NCBI RefSeq assembly: GCF_018977255.1 | Contig: NW_024704742.1 | Span: 114,082,001-114,146,000 of the forward strand | DNA: 64,000 bases | Direction: 5' to 3' | From: Callorhinchus milii | Lineage: Eukaryota | Shown here: piece by piece, positions 1 to 12,400 of the stretch | How positions within the stretch are numbered: the first letter of the stretch is position 1 | Layout: each line of letters begins with the position of its first letter | The notes under the pieces: model-generated | Told to the model about the DNA's origin: nothing | The model's database searches: none | The model's input: only the letters and a program-made list of their open reading frames with translations | Position numbers and translations under genes: made by a program

Positions 1-209
1 CCCCTCCTCGCTCCCCCCCCTCCCCTCACCCTGACCATTTCCCCCTTCCCCCTCCCCTCACCCTGACCATTTCCCCCCTCCTCGCTCCCTCCCTTCCCTC
101 CCCTCACCCTGACCATTTCCCCCCTGCTCGGGTCATGACCCAACTGTGCAGCGCCTTGGGACGTCCTCCTGACGTGAAAGGCGCTTTATAAATGGAATCT
201 TGTTGTTGT
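1..209 (+). mobile_element. L2 LINE 3' end with three internal copies of CCCCTCACCCTGACCATTTCCCCC
   Basis: Matches the reverse complement of the L2 3' UTR at 17679-17830. Ends in GCGCCTTGGGACGTCCTCCTGACGTGAAAGGCGC and a (TTG)n tail. Confidence 0.85.
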
Positions 210-573
210 GCGCCAGCAAGCTGTATAGATCGAATAAATAGGGATGTTTAAAGAGAGATGGATAGATGCTTAGATGGTAGAAGTATTAACGGGTATAACA
301 GAAGGGATTTAAAATATTTGCCAAGATCTGATAAACTGGTGGAACAGGTTTACAGGCCTGAATGGCCTCTTCCGAACTTTCTATGACCTTATGTTCCTAT
401 CTTGTAAAAAGACATGAACAGTGGTATTGTTATTAGTATTCTTATGCAGTATTGTTGGCTAGCATAATGAAGGCCAACACATCCTTAATAGGAAAAAGCT
501 GGAAGTACACAAATGAATGTTTGCTTGTTTGCAACCTCACTGGGAACTGCAACTTACAACAGTTTTTAAGGTC

Positions 574-903
574 AATAATAATAATAATAATAATAATCCT
601 TGCATTTGATATAGCGCTTTTCACGTCGGGTGGACGTCCCAAAGCGCTTCACAGAACACACTGTAAAGTGAATTGACTGTATATTTGTGGGCGAACGCGG
701 CAGCCAATTGCGCACAGCAATGTCCCACAAACAGTCGTAGATTGAAAATGACCAATTTATTATTGTTTTTTGTTTTGGAGGGATTATTATTAGGCTCTGT
801 GTGGAGTAAGGAAACTTGCCCAAGGTTTCACCCTCTGCCTGGAATTGAACTCAGGTCTCTCACTTGCAAAGCGAGTGCTCTAACCACTGAGCTACAGGAC
901 TCC
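574..903 (-). mobile_element. tRNA-Ala-derived SINE, young short subfamily
   Basis: Minus strand reads GGAGTCCTGTAGCTCAGTGGTTAGAGC (A box), anticodon arm TT-TGC-AA, GAGTTCAATTCC (B box), Deu-like body, L2-like 3' stem-loop and (TTA)n tail. Near-identical to 51964-52300 and 59503-59832. Confidence 0.9.
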
Positions 904-1254
904 TAAGGCAATCACTGATTCAACGCTGGAGAATATGAAAGACGATCTTGATTTTTATAATACCTTATCACATTGAAACATTTCAAAATGCTTCACCACC
1001 ACTTATTATCAAGTGTAGTGACATTTTTTGTTGGCAAATGTGTCAGCCATTTACAAACAACAAAGTTCTACAAAGGTATGAGCCATATGCTCAATTAACT
1101 TGAACGATTGTTGGCCAGGAAACGAGGATAAACTTCTTTCTCTTTTTAAATAGTGCCACAAAAACATTACTGTTCACCTGAATAGTCTGCTCAAAATGTC
1201 TTTACCTTGCTTCTTCTTAAAGTTCTTCTCAACTGAGTCTCCCAAAACATTGGG

Positions 1255-1600
1255 AGGATACCTTTAAAACACTTCACATTGTCAAGCTAGTGATTGTATT
1301 TGTAGACAAATGCAGCACCCAATTTGCATACAACAATGTTCCACAGATAGCCATGAAGTGAACCGACCAATTTAAACTGTTAACCAGAACACTGGGAGAA
1401 ATTCCCTTCTCTTTTCGAATAGTGTCATATGCACTTTCATGTCCATCTAAACAAGCAGATGGTACTTTGGGTTAACGTTTCATCTGAAGGATTGCACTTC
1501 CATTAAGGTAGTTCTCCCCAGCACTGGATTGTCAGCCTAGATCGAAGTGTCAGCCTAGTGCTCCCAACTGAGCCTGAACTAAGCTCACATCTAATCAGTA
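1255..1600 (-). mobile_element. Old Deu-domain SINE (SacSINE1/AmnSINE1-like), degenerate
   Basis: Collinear with the reverse complement of 59087-59502 (GTCCATCTAAACAAGCAGA, GTCAGCCTAG motifs). A second fragment lies at about 945-1180. Confidence 0.65.
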
Positions 1601-1674
1601 AGACCAGGAATTTACAAAGTAGGATTTTATAGGAAGCAACATTGTCTTCTACCAGTTTGTGGTATGTCCATGGT

Positions 1675-2770
1675 AACAACAACAACTTACAACAACTTGG
1701 ATTTATATAGCGCCCTCCAGGCCAGACGGCGTCTCAAAGCGCTTCACAGTGACGGATCCCGGGGCCGAGCCAGGGGGAGGGGGAGGAAGGTGACCAAAAG
1801 CGTGGTCGAAAAGAAAAGTCTTCAGCAGAGACCTGAAAGTAGGAAGAGAAGGGAGGAGGCGAAGGGAGTGAGGAAGGGAGTTCCAGGGCCTCAGGGCATA
1901 GTGGCTGAAGGCACGGCTGCCGAGGGTGGAGCAGAGGACTCGGGGGACGAGGAGGAGGCCAGACCCGGAGGAACAAAGGCAACAGGTACTGTTTTGAGGA
2001 GAGAGGAGGTCAGAGAGGTAGGGGGGTGCAGAGGAGTGCAGGGACTTGAATACGAGGGTGAGGATCTTGAAGTCTGGGACAGGCAGCCAGTGCAGTCTGG
2101 CAAGGACTGGGGTGATTGGGGAGTGGAGTTTTGTGCGGGTGAGAATGCGGGCGGCAGATTTTTGAATAATTGGATTTTATGGATGGTAGTGGAGGGGAGG
2201 AGGCCGGCGAGGAGGGTGTTTGAATAGTCCAGCCGAGAGGTGACAAAGGCATGGACCAGGGTTTCTGCGGCTTTTGGAGAGAGGTATTGGTGGAGACGGG
2301 TGATGCGTCAGAGGTGAAAGAAAGCGGTGCTGATGAGGGACCGGATGTGGGGGAGGAAGGATAATTGGGGGTCGAACTGGTACGCCTAGGGTGCGTACGG
2401 GTTCGGAGAGTTTTAGGGGGAGGTCGGGTAGGTGGGGAAGGTGAGAACCGTGAGATTTTATACATTGACAAGAGCCAAAGAGTATGGCTTCCATCTTGTC
2501 AATGTTCAGCTGAGGAAATTTGCACTTATCCAGCCCCTGAGATCTGACAGGCAGGCTGACAGAACATCAGGGGACTGGGGGTCGCAAAGAGAGGTGGAAA
2601 AATAGAGTTGGGTGTCATTTGCATACATGTGGAAACGTACCTCATGTCTGTGGATGACAAACCCAAGAGGGAGCATGTTGATCAGAAAGAGGAGGGGGCC
2701 AAGGATGGATCCTTGGGGGACCCCGCAGGTAACTTGGTGAGAAGCGGGAGGAGAATGGTACCAATGTATC
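1675..2770 (-). mobile_element. L2 LINE fragment (RT remnant plus 3' UTR), internally deleted
   Basis: ORF 2506..2772 contains GVPQGSILGPLLF and HMYANDTQLY. (AAC)n tail at 1675. Confidence 0.85.
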
Positions 2771-3379
2771 ACCTTACTTCAAACTAGTTTTTCAACATTC
2801 TACCTTAATGGTTTGCTGTGGCAAAAATTGAAACTAATAGCAATTTTTCTTTTAAAAAATGAATGTTTGTTTCAGAGATTGTGAAAAACGGATTAGAAAA
2901 GTGTCATATTGTGCCTTGTTGAAACTCCCAGGGCAGGAATTATGCACCATTGGAACGCTGACAAATCATTTCTCATTTTCCCTTTTCACACTCCATTTAC
3001 TTTCCTTCACAAGTGAAGAAACCCAAAACTAGTCTCGCTTATTGAACAATCAATCACTCCATCCATCTGAATCTGCACAGCTCTTGTAGGGTCACAGTGA
3101 ATGAAACTCCTAACATCTTTTAACTGATACTGAAGATATCCTTTCCTTACTCCACATGCCTAATAATAATCCCTCCAAAACCAAAAACAATAATAAATTG
3201 GTCATTTTCAATCTAATTGCCTGGTGAACTTGCTTGTAGTTATTTGTGAAATATCTTGTTTTTACCTTCTTTCTATTCTGAAGGCACAAATCATTAATTT
3301 TCTCACCTTTCTTTTATCTCAGTCAAATGGTTGTTCTTCTTGAATAAATCTGGACACTAAATATCAATAGTTTTATGAC

Positions 3380-3535
3380 TCTGGGGAGGTATCACAGCCG
3401 AATCCTGTCCTTATTCTAGGTCCACACACAAGCTCTTTTCAGCAAGGGTCACTGAATGTCAATCAAGATTCCTCAAGGTTCCCCAACTGCTGCCAATGGC
3501 TGAGATCAGCTAAATCATCAAAGAAAGGGATTATT
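3380..3535 (-). mobile_element. AmnSINE2-like ancient SINE relic
   Basis: Contains ATCACAGCCGAATCCTGTCC, CAGCAAGGGTCACTG and GGCTGAGATCAGCTAA, which resemble the AmnSINE2-type consensus as I recall it. Confidence 0.5.
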
Positions 3536-3547
3536 CGCACTTGGCTC

Positions 3548-3790
3548 CTATTAACCCTGCAAGGCAAACCCTTAACAGGTAGGGTGGTCCTAGCCTGACA
3601 ATTAATAGGAAGCTTGTCAGACAGTGGCTTCAATAGCAAGTTATGTAGTTTTAGCTGGTTAAACTCTAGCCTAATTCTCTCTGGAATTAAGTAAAGCAGA
3701 TGCATCTTTCCAAGGAGAGAGTGCACACTGTATTCCAATAATTTCCAAGTGTATGTGGCAAACCAAATGAAGAGTTCCCTGCGTGCCACC
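3548..3790 (+). repeat. Unclassified dispersed repeat, piece 1
   Basis: Aligns by eye with 52590-52870 (TTAACCCTGCAAG, GGTAGGGTGG, TTTTAGCTGGTTA, GAATTA). Confidence 0.7.
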
Positions 3791-4180
3791 TAGATATCAT
3801 AAAGACAAATAGAGTTTTTCCCAGTTTCCTGGACAATAATCATTCACATTAATTGACCACTCACTTCAGGGCAATATGTGACTCTCAAACTAGCATGCTT
3901 TATCACAAAATAAATCAGTTGTACTTGACAGCAATTACCTATGAAATGCTATGAGATGTTTGATTCATATGGAGCTTTAAAAATGCAGCTTTCTTAAACA
4001 TTTTCACTATTGAGGAATCTCACCAGGGGCATATCCAAACCCTGCACTGTAAACTATAATGTAACAGGCATGTAGAAACGTATATTCACACCTCCTTTAT
4101 AGAACTAGACACTCATAGACAAAGAAGATAATGCGGTTTAAACACAATTTGTTACTTAAGAAATCCGTAAGTACTTCATG

Positions 4181-4700
4181 TAAGAACTTAAGAACATAAG
4201 AAATGCTAGAGGAAAAAAGACCATGGTCCATCTAGTTAATCTTACATCTTCCTGGCGATCGCATGCACATATGTCCCAAACTACCGATGTACTATATCCC
4301 ATAATGTTATTCCCTAAAAGAAAACTATCTAATCTGTGTTGGAAAGAATCAACACTTGCTTCTTGAACCATCTCCCTCAGGAGCCTATTCCACAGGTGTC
4401 ACTATTCGCTCAGTGAAATAGTTTTTGTGTAGATTCATTCTGAATTTCCCCCCTTCAATCGCAGGCTGTGTCCTCTGGTTTTACTATTCTGGATAATTTC
4501 AAATAGCGTATCATGATCTGCAATATCTAGGCCCTTTAGATTCTTAAGGACAGCAATCATACCACCTCTAAATCTTCTCTTTTCCAGCGTGAACATGCCC
4601 AATATGCTTAGTCGCTCTTCATAGTCCATTCCTTCTATTCCCTCAGTCATTTTGGTTGCCTTCCTCTGTATCTTCTCGATTTCTCCAATATCCTCCAATT
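4181..4700 (-). mobile_element. CR1 LINE 3' fragment
   Basis: ORF 4435..4767 contains IEKIQRKATKM..YEERL..LEKRR and TRGHSLRL, typical of the CR1 ORF2 C-terminus. (TAAGAACA)-type octamer tail at 4181. Confidence 0.85.
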
Positions 4701-5619
4701 TCTCCAATTCACAGTGACTCCACCTGATGCAATCTGCTTTCAGATCAGAATTTCTGTGAGTTAGCATGACATTCGTCTTCCAATTCTAAGGTGTTATAGA
4801 GAAGAAGTACTACGTAAAGCTATATAAATTCTACTTGTTGTTGAGTCCCTGCTCAGATTCATGAATTCAGAATCCCATTTGAAATCACTAAGGTTTAGAC
4901 CCCCACATGGATATGAGGCAGTAAGGTGGAAAATTATGAAAACCAAAAAGCTAATAAACACATTTTAAAGATGAACTACGTAAAATTATTATAATTACTT
5001 GTAATTCTGTGTTCACCTGATCCTTTCCCCAGACCTGCTGAGTTTATCAAGTAAAACTATTAACTTTTTATACACAGTAAAAACTTTATTCATTACTTTT
5101 CCTGAAAGCTCTTCTTTTACGACTGTGATTAATTACTGTTCTTCTAAACACAACCTTTTCCCAAACCACATGAAAATGCAGCTTAAATGAACCAATGACA
5201 TCTATGTAAAACAATACAGCTAGCACACAGTAAAATATGAAAACATTTTCTATAGTGAAAGAATCCATTCTCTCTAGTTAAAGGCACAATGGTTTTGATA
5301 AATGTGAAACCAATAAGATAATAAAAAACACACTTTCGCCTCCTGTTTTACTAATTCAGCATGCATGGCTGGTGGCAACTTATTGTATCTTAGTCACATT
5401 TCCTGACAATTCAAGGAAATTCTGTCAGTACCATATACTTAGTGGCAAAACTGCTTTGTTCTTACATTGGCACCATCAAATTCATTTTAATTCAATTTTT
5501 CCATCTTTTGTAAATAATGTGGCAATAATGACTTTGTACAAGGGAGTGTAAAAATAAAGCTAAAAAATGTTTCATAATGGTTCATAACATTCATGAATGT
5601 TTCAGGAATGTTTAATATC

Positions 5620-5882
5620 ATTCCAGGCAGGGCAAAACCTTGGCCAAGTTTCCTTACTCCACCCGCCTAATAATAATCTCTCCAAAAGCAAAACAATAAT
5701 AAAATTGGTCATTTTCAATCCACGACTGTTTGTGGGACATTGCTGTGCGCAATTGGCAGCCTCGTTTCACCACAAAATATGCAGTCAATTCACTTTACAG
5801 TATATCCCGTGAAGCGCTTTGAAACGTTTAGAAGAAGTGAAAAGCGTTATATCAAATGTAAGGATTAATATTATTATTATTA
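5620..5882 (+). mobile_element. tRNA-Ala-derived SINE, 5'-truncated
   Basis: Body and (TTA)n tail match the other copies. The A box is missing. Confidence 0.85.
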
Positions 5883-5889
5883 CACTGAC

Positions 5890-6175
5890 CCTCTGGAACT
5901 CCATGCAGTCGCTGATGTTTTGCCAGCCTCAATCCACCCTCATGTGAGGTCAGTATCCAAGATGAGTTCCAGAGACACCTCATCTTAATCTGTGGATCGG
6001 TGGGAGAAGTAGGTGTGGTCTCTATGGATCTGACTGGCTCGAGGATGACATCCTTGACAATGGAATATCAGGTTCAAATCTACCCAAGACACTGCTGATG
6101 ATAGACCTGGCAAGCTTATTGGGAGAACTTGTAGTGATTTTTTGGTGGCAGGGATCCTTCCCACTCAACTCCTGT
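5890..6175 (+). repeat. Unclassified dispersed repeat, piece 2
   Basis: Shares ACTGGCTC, GACACTGCTGATGA and GGCAGGGA..TCCCACTCA with 52360-52590. Confidence 0.6.
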
Positions 6176-6594
6176 CAGCGCCTTGGGACATCCCCTGATG
6201 TGAAAGGCACGATACAAATGTAATTTATTGTTGTTAGCTTTGGAAGCCAAAGTTTAGAGAAGTGTCGTCTTCATCAGAAAGGTTTTGCCAATTCCTTTTG
6301 CATTGTTTACAAAAACACAAGTTAACAAGTCATGTTGAAACAAGTATTGCATCATTTACAAATTATGTCTTCCTTGCAAATAGTCCATTAATCTCATATT
6401 ACACCTTCCTGCTACAAATTGAGAATGTTTTACAAACACTTCTTTTGTGAGTTAGTGTTACTTTATCAGAGCTTTGGTACATATTCCTCATGTGAAAGGG
6501 ACTTGGGCAAATGTAAATTAGTTGTATTGTATTAACTTGTACAAGTTTGTACTTGTCATTAGTTGTCATTCCTGGTCAAATTGTCATTTGACCA

Positions 6595-7908
6595 GGAAAC
6601 ATCCCTGGTCAAAGTCACTAATGACATTCTGAACATCTGTGATCAGGGCTCCCTCTGCCTCCCTGTCCTCCTCGATCTCTCTGCCACCTTTGACACTGTC
6701 GACCACTCCATCCTCATACACCGCTTCTCCGCTTTACTCAATCTTCACGGATCTGCCCTTGCCTGGTTCGATTCCTATCTCTCCATTTCATTGCCTCTAA
6801 CGGTTTCTCCTCCAGCCCCCGCACTGTCACATCTGGCATCCCCCAGGGCTCTGTCCTTGAACCTCTCCTTTTTAATATCTACATGCTACCCTTTGGTGAC
6901 ATCATCCGCAGACATGGGGTCAACTTCCATATGTATGTGGATGACACCCAACTCTATCTTTCTGCCTCCACCTTCAACTCCAGGACCACTGCTATCCTGA
7001 CAGACTGCCTATCGGACATCAAGTCCTGGATGAGGGCAAATTTCCTACAGTTGAATGTGAACAAGACTGAGGCCCTCCTGATTGGCTCGCGCCAGCGCCT
7101 CTGCACCTCAGGCTCTGGCAACATCAACCTCCATGGTTGCACACTACAACTCACCAAGCCAGACAGGAACCTAGGTGTCTTGTTTGACCCTCAACTGTCT
7201 TTTCTCCCCCACATCCAAGTCATGACCCTCTCTGCCTTCCCTCACCTCCGTAACATTGCCCGACTCCACCACTACCTCACCCCTCAGGCCGCTGAAACTC
7301 TTGTTCATGCCTTCATCACCTTCAGGCTCGACTATGCATATGTCCTGCTTGTCAGCCTTCCCAACTCCTCCCTCCACAGGCTGCAGATAATCCAGAACTC
7401 TGCAGTCCGTGTCCTCCCCCGCACCAAACTCTGTGACCCCATCTCCCCCACTCTCGCCCGACTCCATTGGCTCCCTATCCTTCAGAAGATCCAGTTCAAG
7501 ATCCTGGTCCTCACATACAAAGCCCCCCATGGCCTCGCCCCACCCTACCTCTGCAGCCTCCTAACCCCATACCAACCCGCCCGTTCCCTCCGCTCAGCCG
7601 GTTCTGGCCTGCTCCACGTCCCCCGACCCACCCGCCCCACCATTGGCGGGAGAGCATTCAGCCACTCTGCCCCCAACCTCTGGAACTCCATCCCCCAATC
7701 ACTCCGCCTCGCCCCCTCCTTAGCCTCCTTCAAGTCCCACCTAAAGCCCCTTCTCTTCGACCATGTCATCAGCCACTCCCCTTCCCCTCCCCTCCCTTAC
7801 CCCCCCAACCCCAGCTCGGGTCTGAAATGCTGTATTCTGTCCAGCGCCTTGGGATGTCCTCCCGACGTGAAAGGCGCTATACAAACGTAATCTTCTTGAT
7901 GTTGTTGT
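6595..7908 (+). mobile_element. L2 LINE, 5'-truncated, about 1.3 kb
   Basis: RT-coding ORFs 6563..7000 (ETSLVKVTND, LDLSATFDTVDH) and 6883..7890. 3' stem-loop and (TTG)n-like tail present. Confidence 0.95.
6883..7890 (+). pseudogene. L2 ORF2 remnant: RT domain end and C-terminus
   Basis: HMYVDDTQLY (YADD changed to YVDD), NFLQLNVNKTE, RLDYA, LHWLP. Frameshifted from the upstream segment. Confidence 0.85.
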
Positions 7909-8919
7909 GTTACCGTATCCTACGATGTGGTACCCACACCATCCAATCCAGGAAAATTTCATATTTATCCCTAGTCTGTGACATTTACACTGTTCTGATA
8001 TCTCAGTAATGGAATGATAAAGAGCAGTGGCGCCAACATTTAAGCTTTGCACTTCAGATCTGCTATTGTTTTTGTACATGGTTCCCTGAGGTTTATATTT
8101 TTTTGTTCCATGGAACATAATAAATAATAATAATGCTCCTTTCACATCAGGCAGGAAGACTCAAAAGTCTCAGAATTTACCATAAAGTGTAGTGACTGAG
8201 TGTTTTATAGGCACGTGTTTGTCGTCATTTGGGTTGAAAAAGCATTTGAATGGGAAATGGGAGCAAAATTGACATGAGCTCTGAAAAAACACCTCGGGAC
8301 ATAAAGTGATTGTTGTGCAGGAAACCCATGCATTTCAGGATGACTAGTAAGGACTTGTGTCCAACCCCAGAGCTGAGGTTCAATGGGCCAGCATGAAGTA
8401 TTTGTGGTGCTTTACAACCTGAGTTATAGGGAACTTGGTGGAGTTTTTTTTAAATGATAACAATCCTTGCATTTTGAATTTACTTGAGGAGAATGTCTCC
8501 AAAGCACTTCAAAGGATATACTATAAAGTACAGTGTAGTGATTGTGTATTTTCTAGCCAAACGCAGCAGATAATTTGTGCACAGCAATGCCCCACAGACT
8601 GCTATTAAGACAAAAACACAATCATCACCACTTTACAGTGAAATCTTGTATTAAGTCACTATATCAAATGCAAGGATCCTTAAATTATGTCAATGGCCAA
8701 TTTTATCTGGGGGATTGTTGGCCAGGATACCTGGAGAAATATCTGGTTAAGGTTCCTTATCCGTCATGCAATTGCAGAAGCTCACTCCTGAGGATATAGG
8801 AGTTCTGACACTGACAAAGGATTTGAATAAATGCAGCGTTGGGAAATTGGAACACTTTTTATTACAGGTTGTTGGCAGAGAGAAGCTTGCTTCTGTCAAC
8901 AGTCCTTTAATGAAAAAGC

Positions 8920-9040
8920 AGCATTAGTTGATTTTAACTTGGACAATGGTGGGAACGCTATAATTACTGCCCCAGGCTAAAGAAGGGAAACATCTGTCAG
9001 GAGTCCTGTTCCTGGTTGTTAAACCAGTGACCCCTGGGGT
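8920..9040 (+). mobile_element. AmnSINE2-like ancient SINE relic
   Basis: GGGAACGCTATAATT..CCCCAGGCTA..CCAGTGACCCCTG, related to the 3380-3535 copy in opposite orientation. Confidence 0.45.
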
Positions 9041-9439
9041 CTGAAACTTAACCTAGTCTTAACCTTTAAAACAATTTAGTCCTAAAAGTTAAGATTGCAC
9101 AGATTTGTGGAAAATTCTTAAATTTGGTTTTAATTCGGAATTGGTACTTAAATGGAACCAGCTTCCTTAAATGAAAACTCAATTTAAGAAATTTCAACAA
9201 TTTTGAGTTATGGTGGAAAGTATATATGTGGACATCAGCACAGCTTTTGAAAGCCAAATAGTTTGCCGAACTCCCTGTCCAGCTAATTCATGAAGAGTTG
9301 CCAAGAGAATAATACAATACAATTTACATATATACTGTGTAGCACCTTCCAAGTGCTCCGGGACGATACCCCCTGTGAAGGGCGTTATATTGTTATTGTT
9401 GTTGTTTGTTGTTTCATGTTCACAATGTCTCAACCAGCA

Positions 9440-9800
9440 GCTTGACACTGCGGGTTGGGTACCTGAGCTGGGGATCGACACCAAGGGGGTGAGGAGGGGA
9501 AGTGTGGTCAATGAGGTACAATTAAGATGGGCCTTGAATGAGGTGAGGAAGGGAGAGAGTCAGAGTAGGGGAAGGAGTTCCAGAAAGTGGGGAGCAGAAT
9601 GACGGAAAGCCAATCCACCGATGCTGGGCAGGTTGGGCAAATGAATCAGGCCAGTGGTCACTGAACAAAGGGAGCAGCCAGGTAGGTAGGGTTAAATGAG
9701 GTGCAGAAGAAGGGTGGGGTGAGACCATGGAAGAATTGGAAGATGAGAACAAGGATCTTGAACTCGATCCCTGGGAGATAGGGAGACAGTGCAGTCCTAA
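9440..9800 (-). mobile_element. Old L2 3' fragment
   Basis: GGATCTTGAACTCGATCC and GGAGTTCCAGA motifs shared with the other L2 copies. Confidence 0.65.
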
Positions 9801-11549
9801 AAAGTGGGGGAGTAATTGCTGAAGACTAAGCTACCAATGGTCACCTTCAAGAGAAGGGAGACAGTTGAAAAGAAGGATGAAATGAACTGATTTTCGCCCT
9901 TTGTCACCTTAAAACCATTTCTGAGGGAATGAAGTATTAAAAAGAGAAGAAACGAAAAAATTGAGAATTTGAGAATGAAACAAAAAATGTGGAAGAGACA
10001 TCTAATAATATAGTCAACAGCACACTCACAGCAGGGGGAGCTGAATGGAGGGGAAGGAGCTTTACGTTGGCACAATGTCACAAGGCAGCTTACTTTTGAA
10101 TAAATCAGTTCTCAGAAGTCATTAATCCATCTTACACCACATCTTTAGTGAAATCATTAGGAGGTGTTTCCAGCAGCAACTCATGGGAGAATAGTACCAC
10201 TATTATAAAAGCTGACTGTTGGAACAGCCACACAAGCTCTGTAAAACACGGCCCTCTCACTGTTACTTTATCTGCTTTCACATAACTAATTATTCTTTTA
10301 AGAGCGTTGAAACCAAACTACCGAGTTCCCAAGTATGACACCAGTGTGAAAGTCGGTAAATTGTTAAAGTCTTGTTGGGCAAATTTATAGCAGGTATCAC
10401 CTTTTACGTCAGAAGCCTTTCATCAAAATGTTTTGGATCATAAATTTCCATGTTTAGAACCACTAAATCACCAGAGAGCCCAGACATTGCCAAGAAACTA
10501 GAGGGTTAAAGCCTGCTTCCTCCAATGCATTTTTCAAACCAGTTCCACAGCAAATGTTGAACAGAGACACAACCTAAATATGATTGATTATATTCCTGAT
10601 TATGCTTCCAAGCACAGAAAACACAGAAAAAACAGAGGTGAATGTGCAAGAATAGAAAAACTAAAGAAGAAATCTCACTACAAAATAAGAACCAAATGTA
10701 CAGTAGAGTTTTGTGATAGATATTCTAAGTAATTAAATGGAAAATTTTGCAATATTTCGTAACAGGAATTTTTAATAACCTATCCTATTAGAATTTCCAC
10801 TTGGCTCCAACTATTGCTCCCGCAGGAGGTCTTGACAGTCTTCTGGTTATTGGAAGGAGTTTAATGATCCTTGCATCTGATAATTGATATACAGCCTTAT
10901 CACATTGTCGAAATGTCTCAAAGTGTGCAAAAGATTTACTGTAAGGTGTAGTGACTGCATATTTGTAGGCAAATGCAGCAGCCAATTTCTGCACAGCAAT
11001 ATCCGAAAGCAGTCATGAAGTGAATGACAAATTTAATCCTTCCATTTGTGAAAGTGGATTTCTATTAATCATTGTTAAGAAACAATGAAAATTAGTTCTC
11101 AAATGGAGCTTCAGGACAATGCTTTTTTTCCTTATCAGTGGTTTTTGAACAAGATGTGACATTGTGCACTTTGGAAGCTCTGTTCGGAGACCTAATTGAA
11201 TAGTATTCACTGTGATGAGTATTAATATCAGCAGAATATTTTGATCAATGAAACAAAATTGACTGAAAACAAAGGTGATTTTCTCATCAATCATTGTTTT
11301 AAATTCATTTTGCTTAATAATTAATTGAATCATTGAACATTAATGTGCTTCAAAGTCTCTTATATAAAATATTCATTATTATATTAAAGACTGCACTGTG
11401 TACAATGAACTGATTGTTTAACTCATGACATAATTCATGATGTTATGGCTATGATCCTTTATCAACTCAGCTCAAGTTTTGTTTTTTGAAATAGTTAAAT
11501 GCGGATCATTTCGCTAAAGCGACCATTTCTTTCACAATTGATTCAGTCA

Positions 11550-11752
11550 AATAATAATATAATAATAATCTTTTCATTTGATATAGCACTTTTCACGTCT
11601 TCTAGACGTCTCAAAGCGCTTACAGAATATACTGTAAAGTGAATTGACTGTATATTTGTAGGCGAAACGCGGCAGCCAATTGCGCACAGCAGTGTCCCAC
11701 AAACAGTCGTGGATTGAAGTGACCACTTAATTATTGTTTTTTTTTGGGGGGA
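11550..11752 (-). mobile_element. tRNA-Ala-family SINE, 3' half
   Basis: Deu-like body with the ACGTC-TAGAA-GACGT stem-loop and AT-rich tail. Confidence 0.85.
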
Positions 11753-12400
11753 CCCAGGTATGAGCTTCTCATCTATCACTCTTCAGACCAAGGAAAACTG
11801 TGCGGTCATGTTTGATCACGGTCCTTTTGTGTCAAAGTGGAATGGCTAACAGTAAGAGTTGAAAGAAAGATATTGAGGAAAAGGAAGCCACACTGTACAG
11901 TTACTTGGAATAAAATAAAGCCTTGTTACTATAGACCAGTGGTTCTTGGGGATTTTAGGTAGTAATGCATATTCTTTAGATGAGGCAGATTAACAAACAA
12001 TACTTCCATCTTTAAAGTATTTCATAACAAGAAAGCCTGAAATTAGACAAAGGCAACTTCAATAAATTGCATGTGATCAGTCAATAGTTCCCGCTCTAGC
12101 ACAAACTTTGTTATGATTTATACTCACACAAGACCTATGGCTCCTTTGATCACTATTTGGATCCTCCTTATTAATGTTAAGTACTGACCCTGAATTTTTA
12201 TCCTTTTCTACATCTCAAACAGAGAAGATTTGGAAGACAGAATGATTATATACTACAGATTCCTTTACGAGTCTCCTGGCTGATATAATAAGCTACTACT
12301 GATAATAAGCCTTGCATTTGGTATAGCGTCTTATCATGTTGGAAGGACATCTCAAAGCACTTCACCAGAAATACTGTGAAATGGAGTTGACTGTGTATTT

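Noticed and set aside
442..906. Recurrent short ORFs such as [12 protein letters not shown] and MTVYLWANAAANCAQQ as a gene family
   Set aside because: They are translations of the SINE and recur wherever it is inserted.
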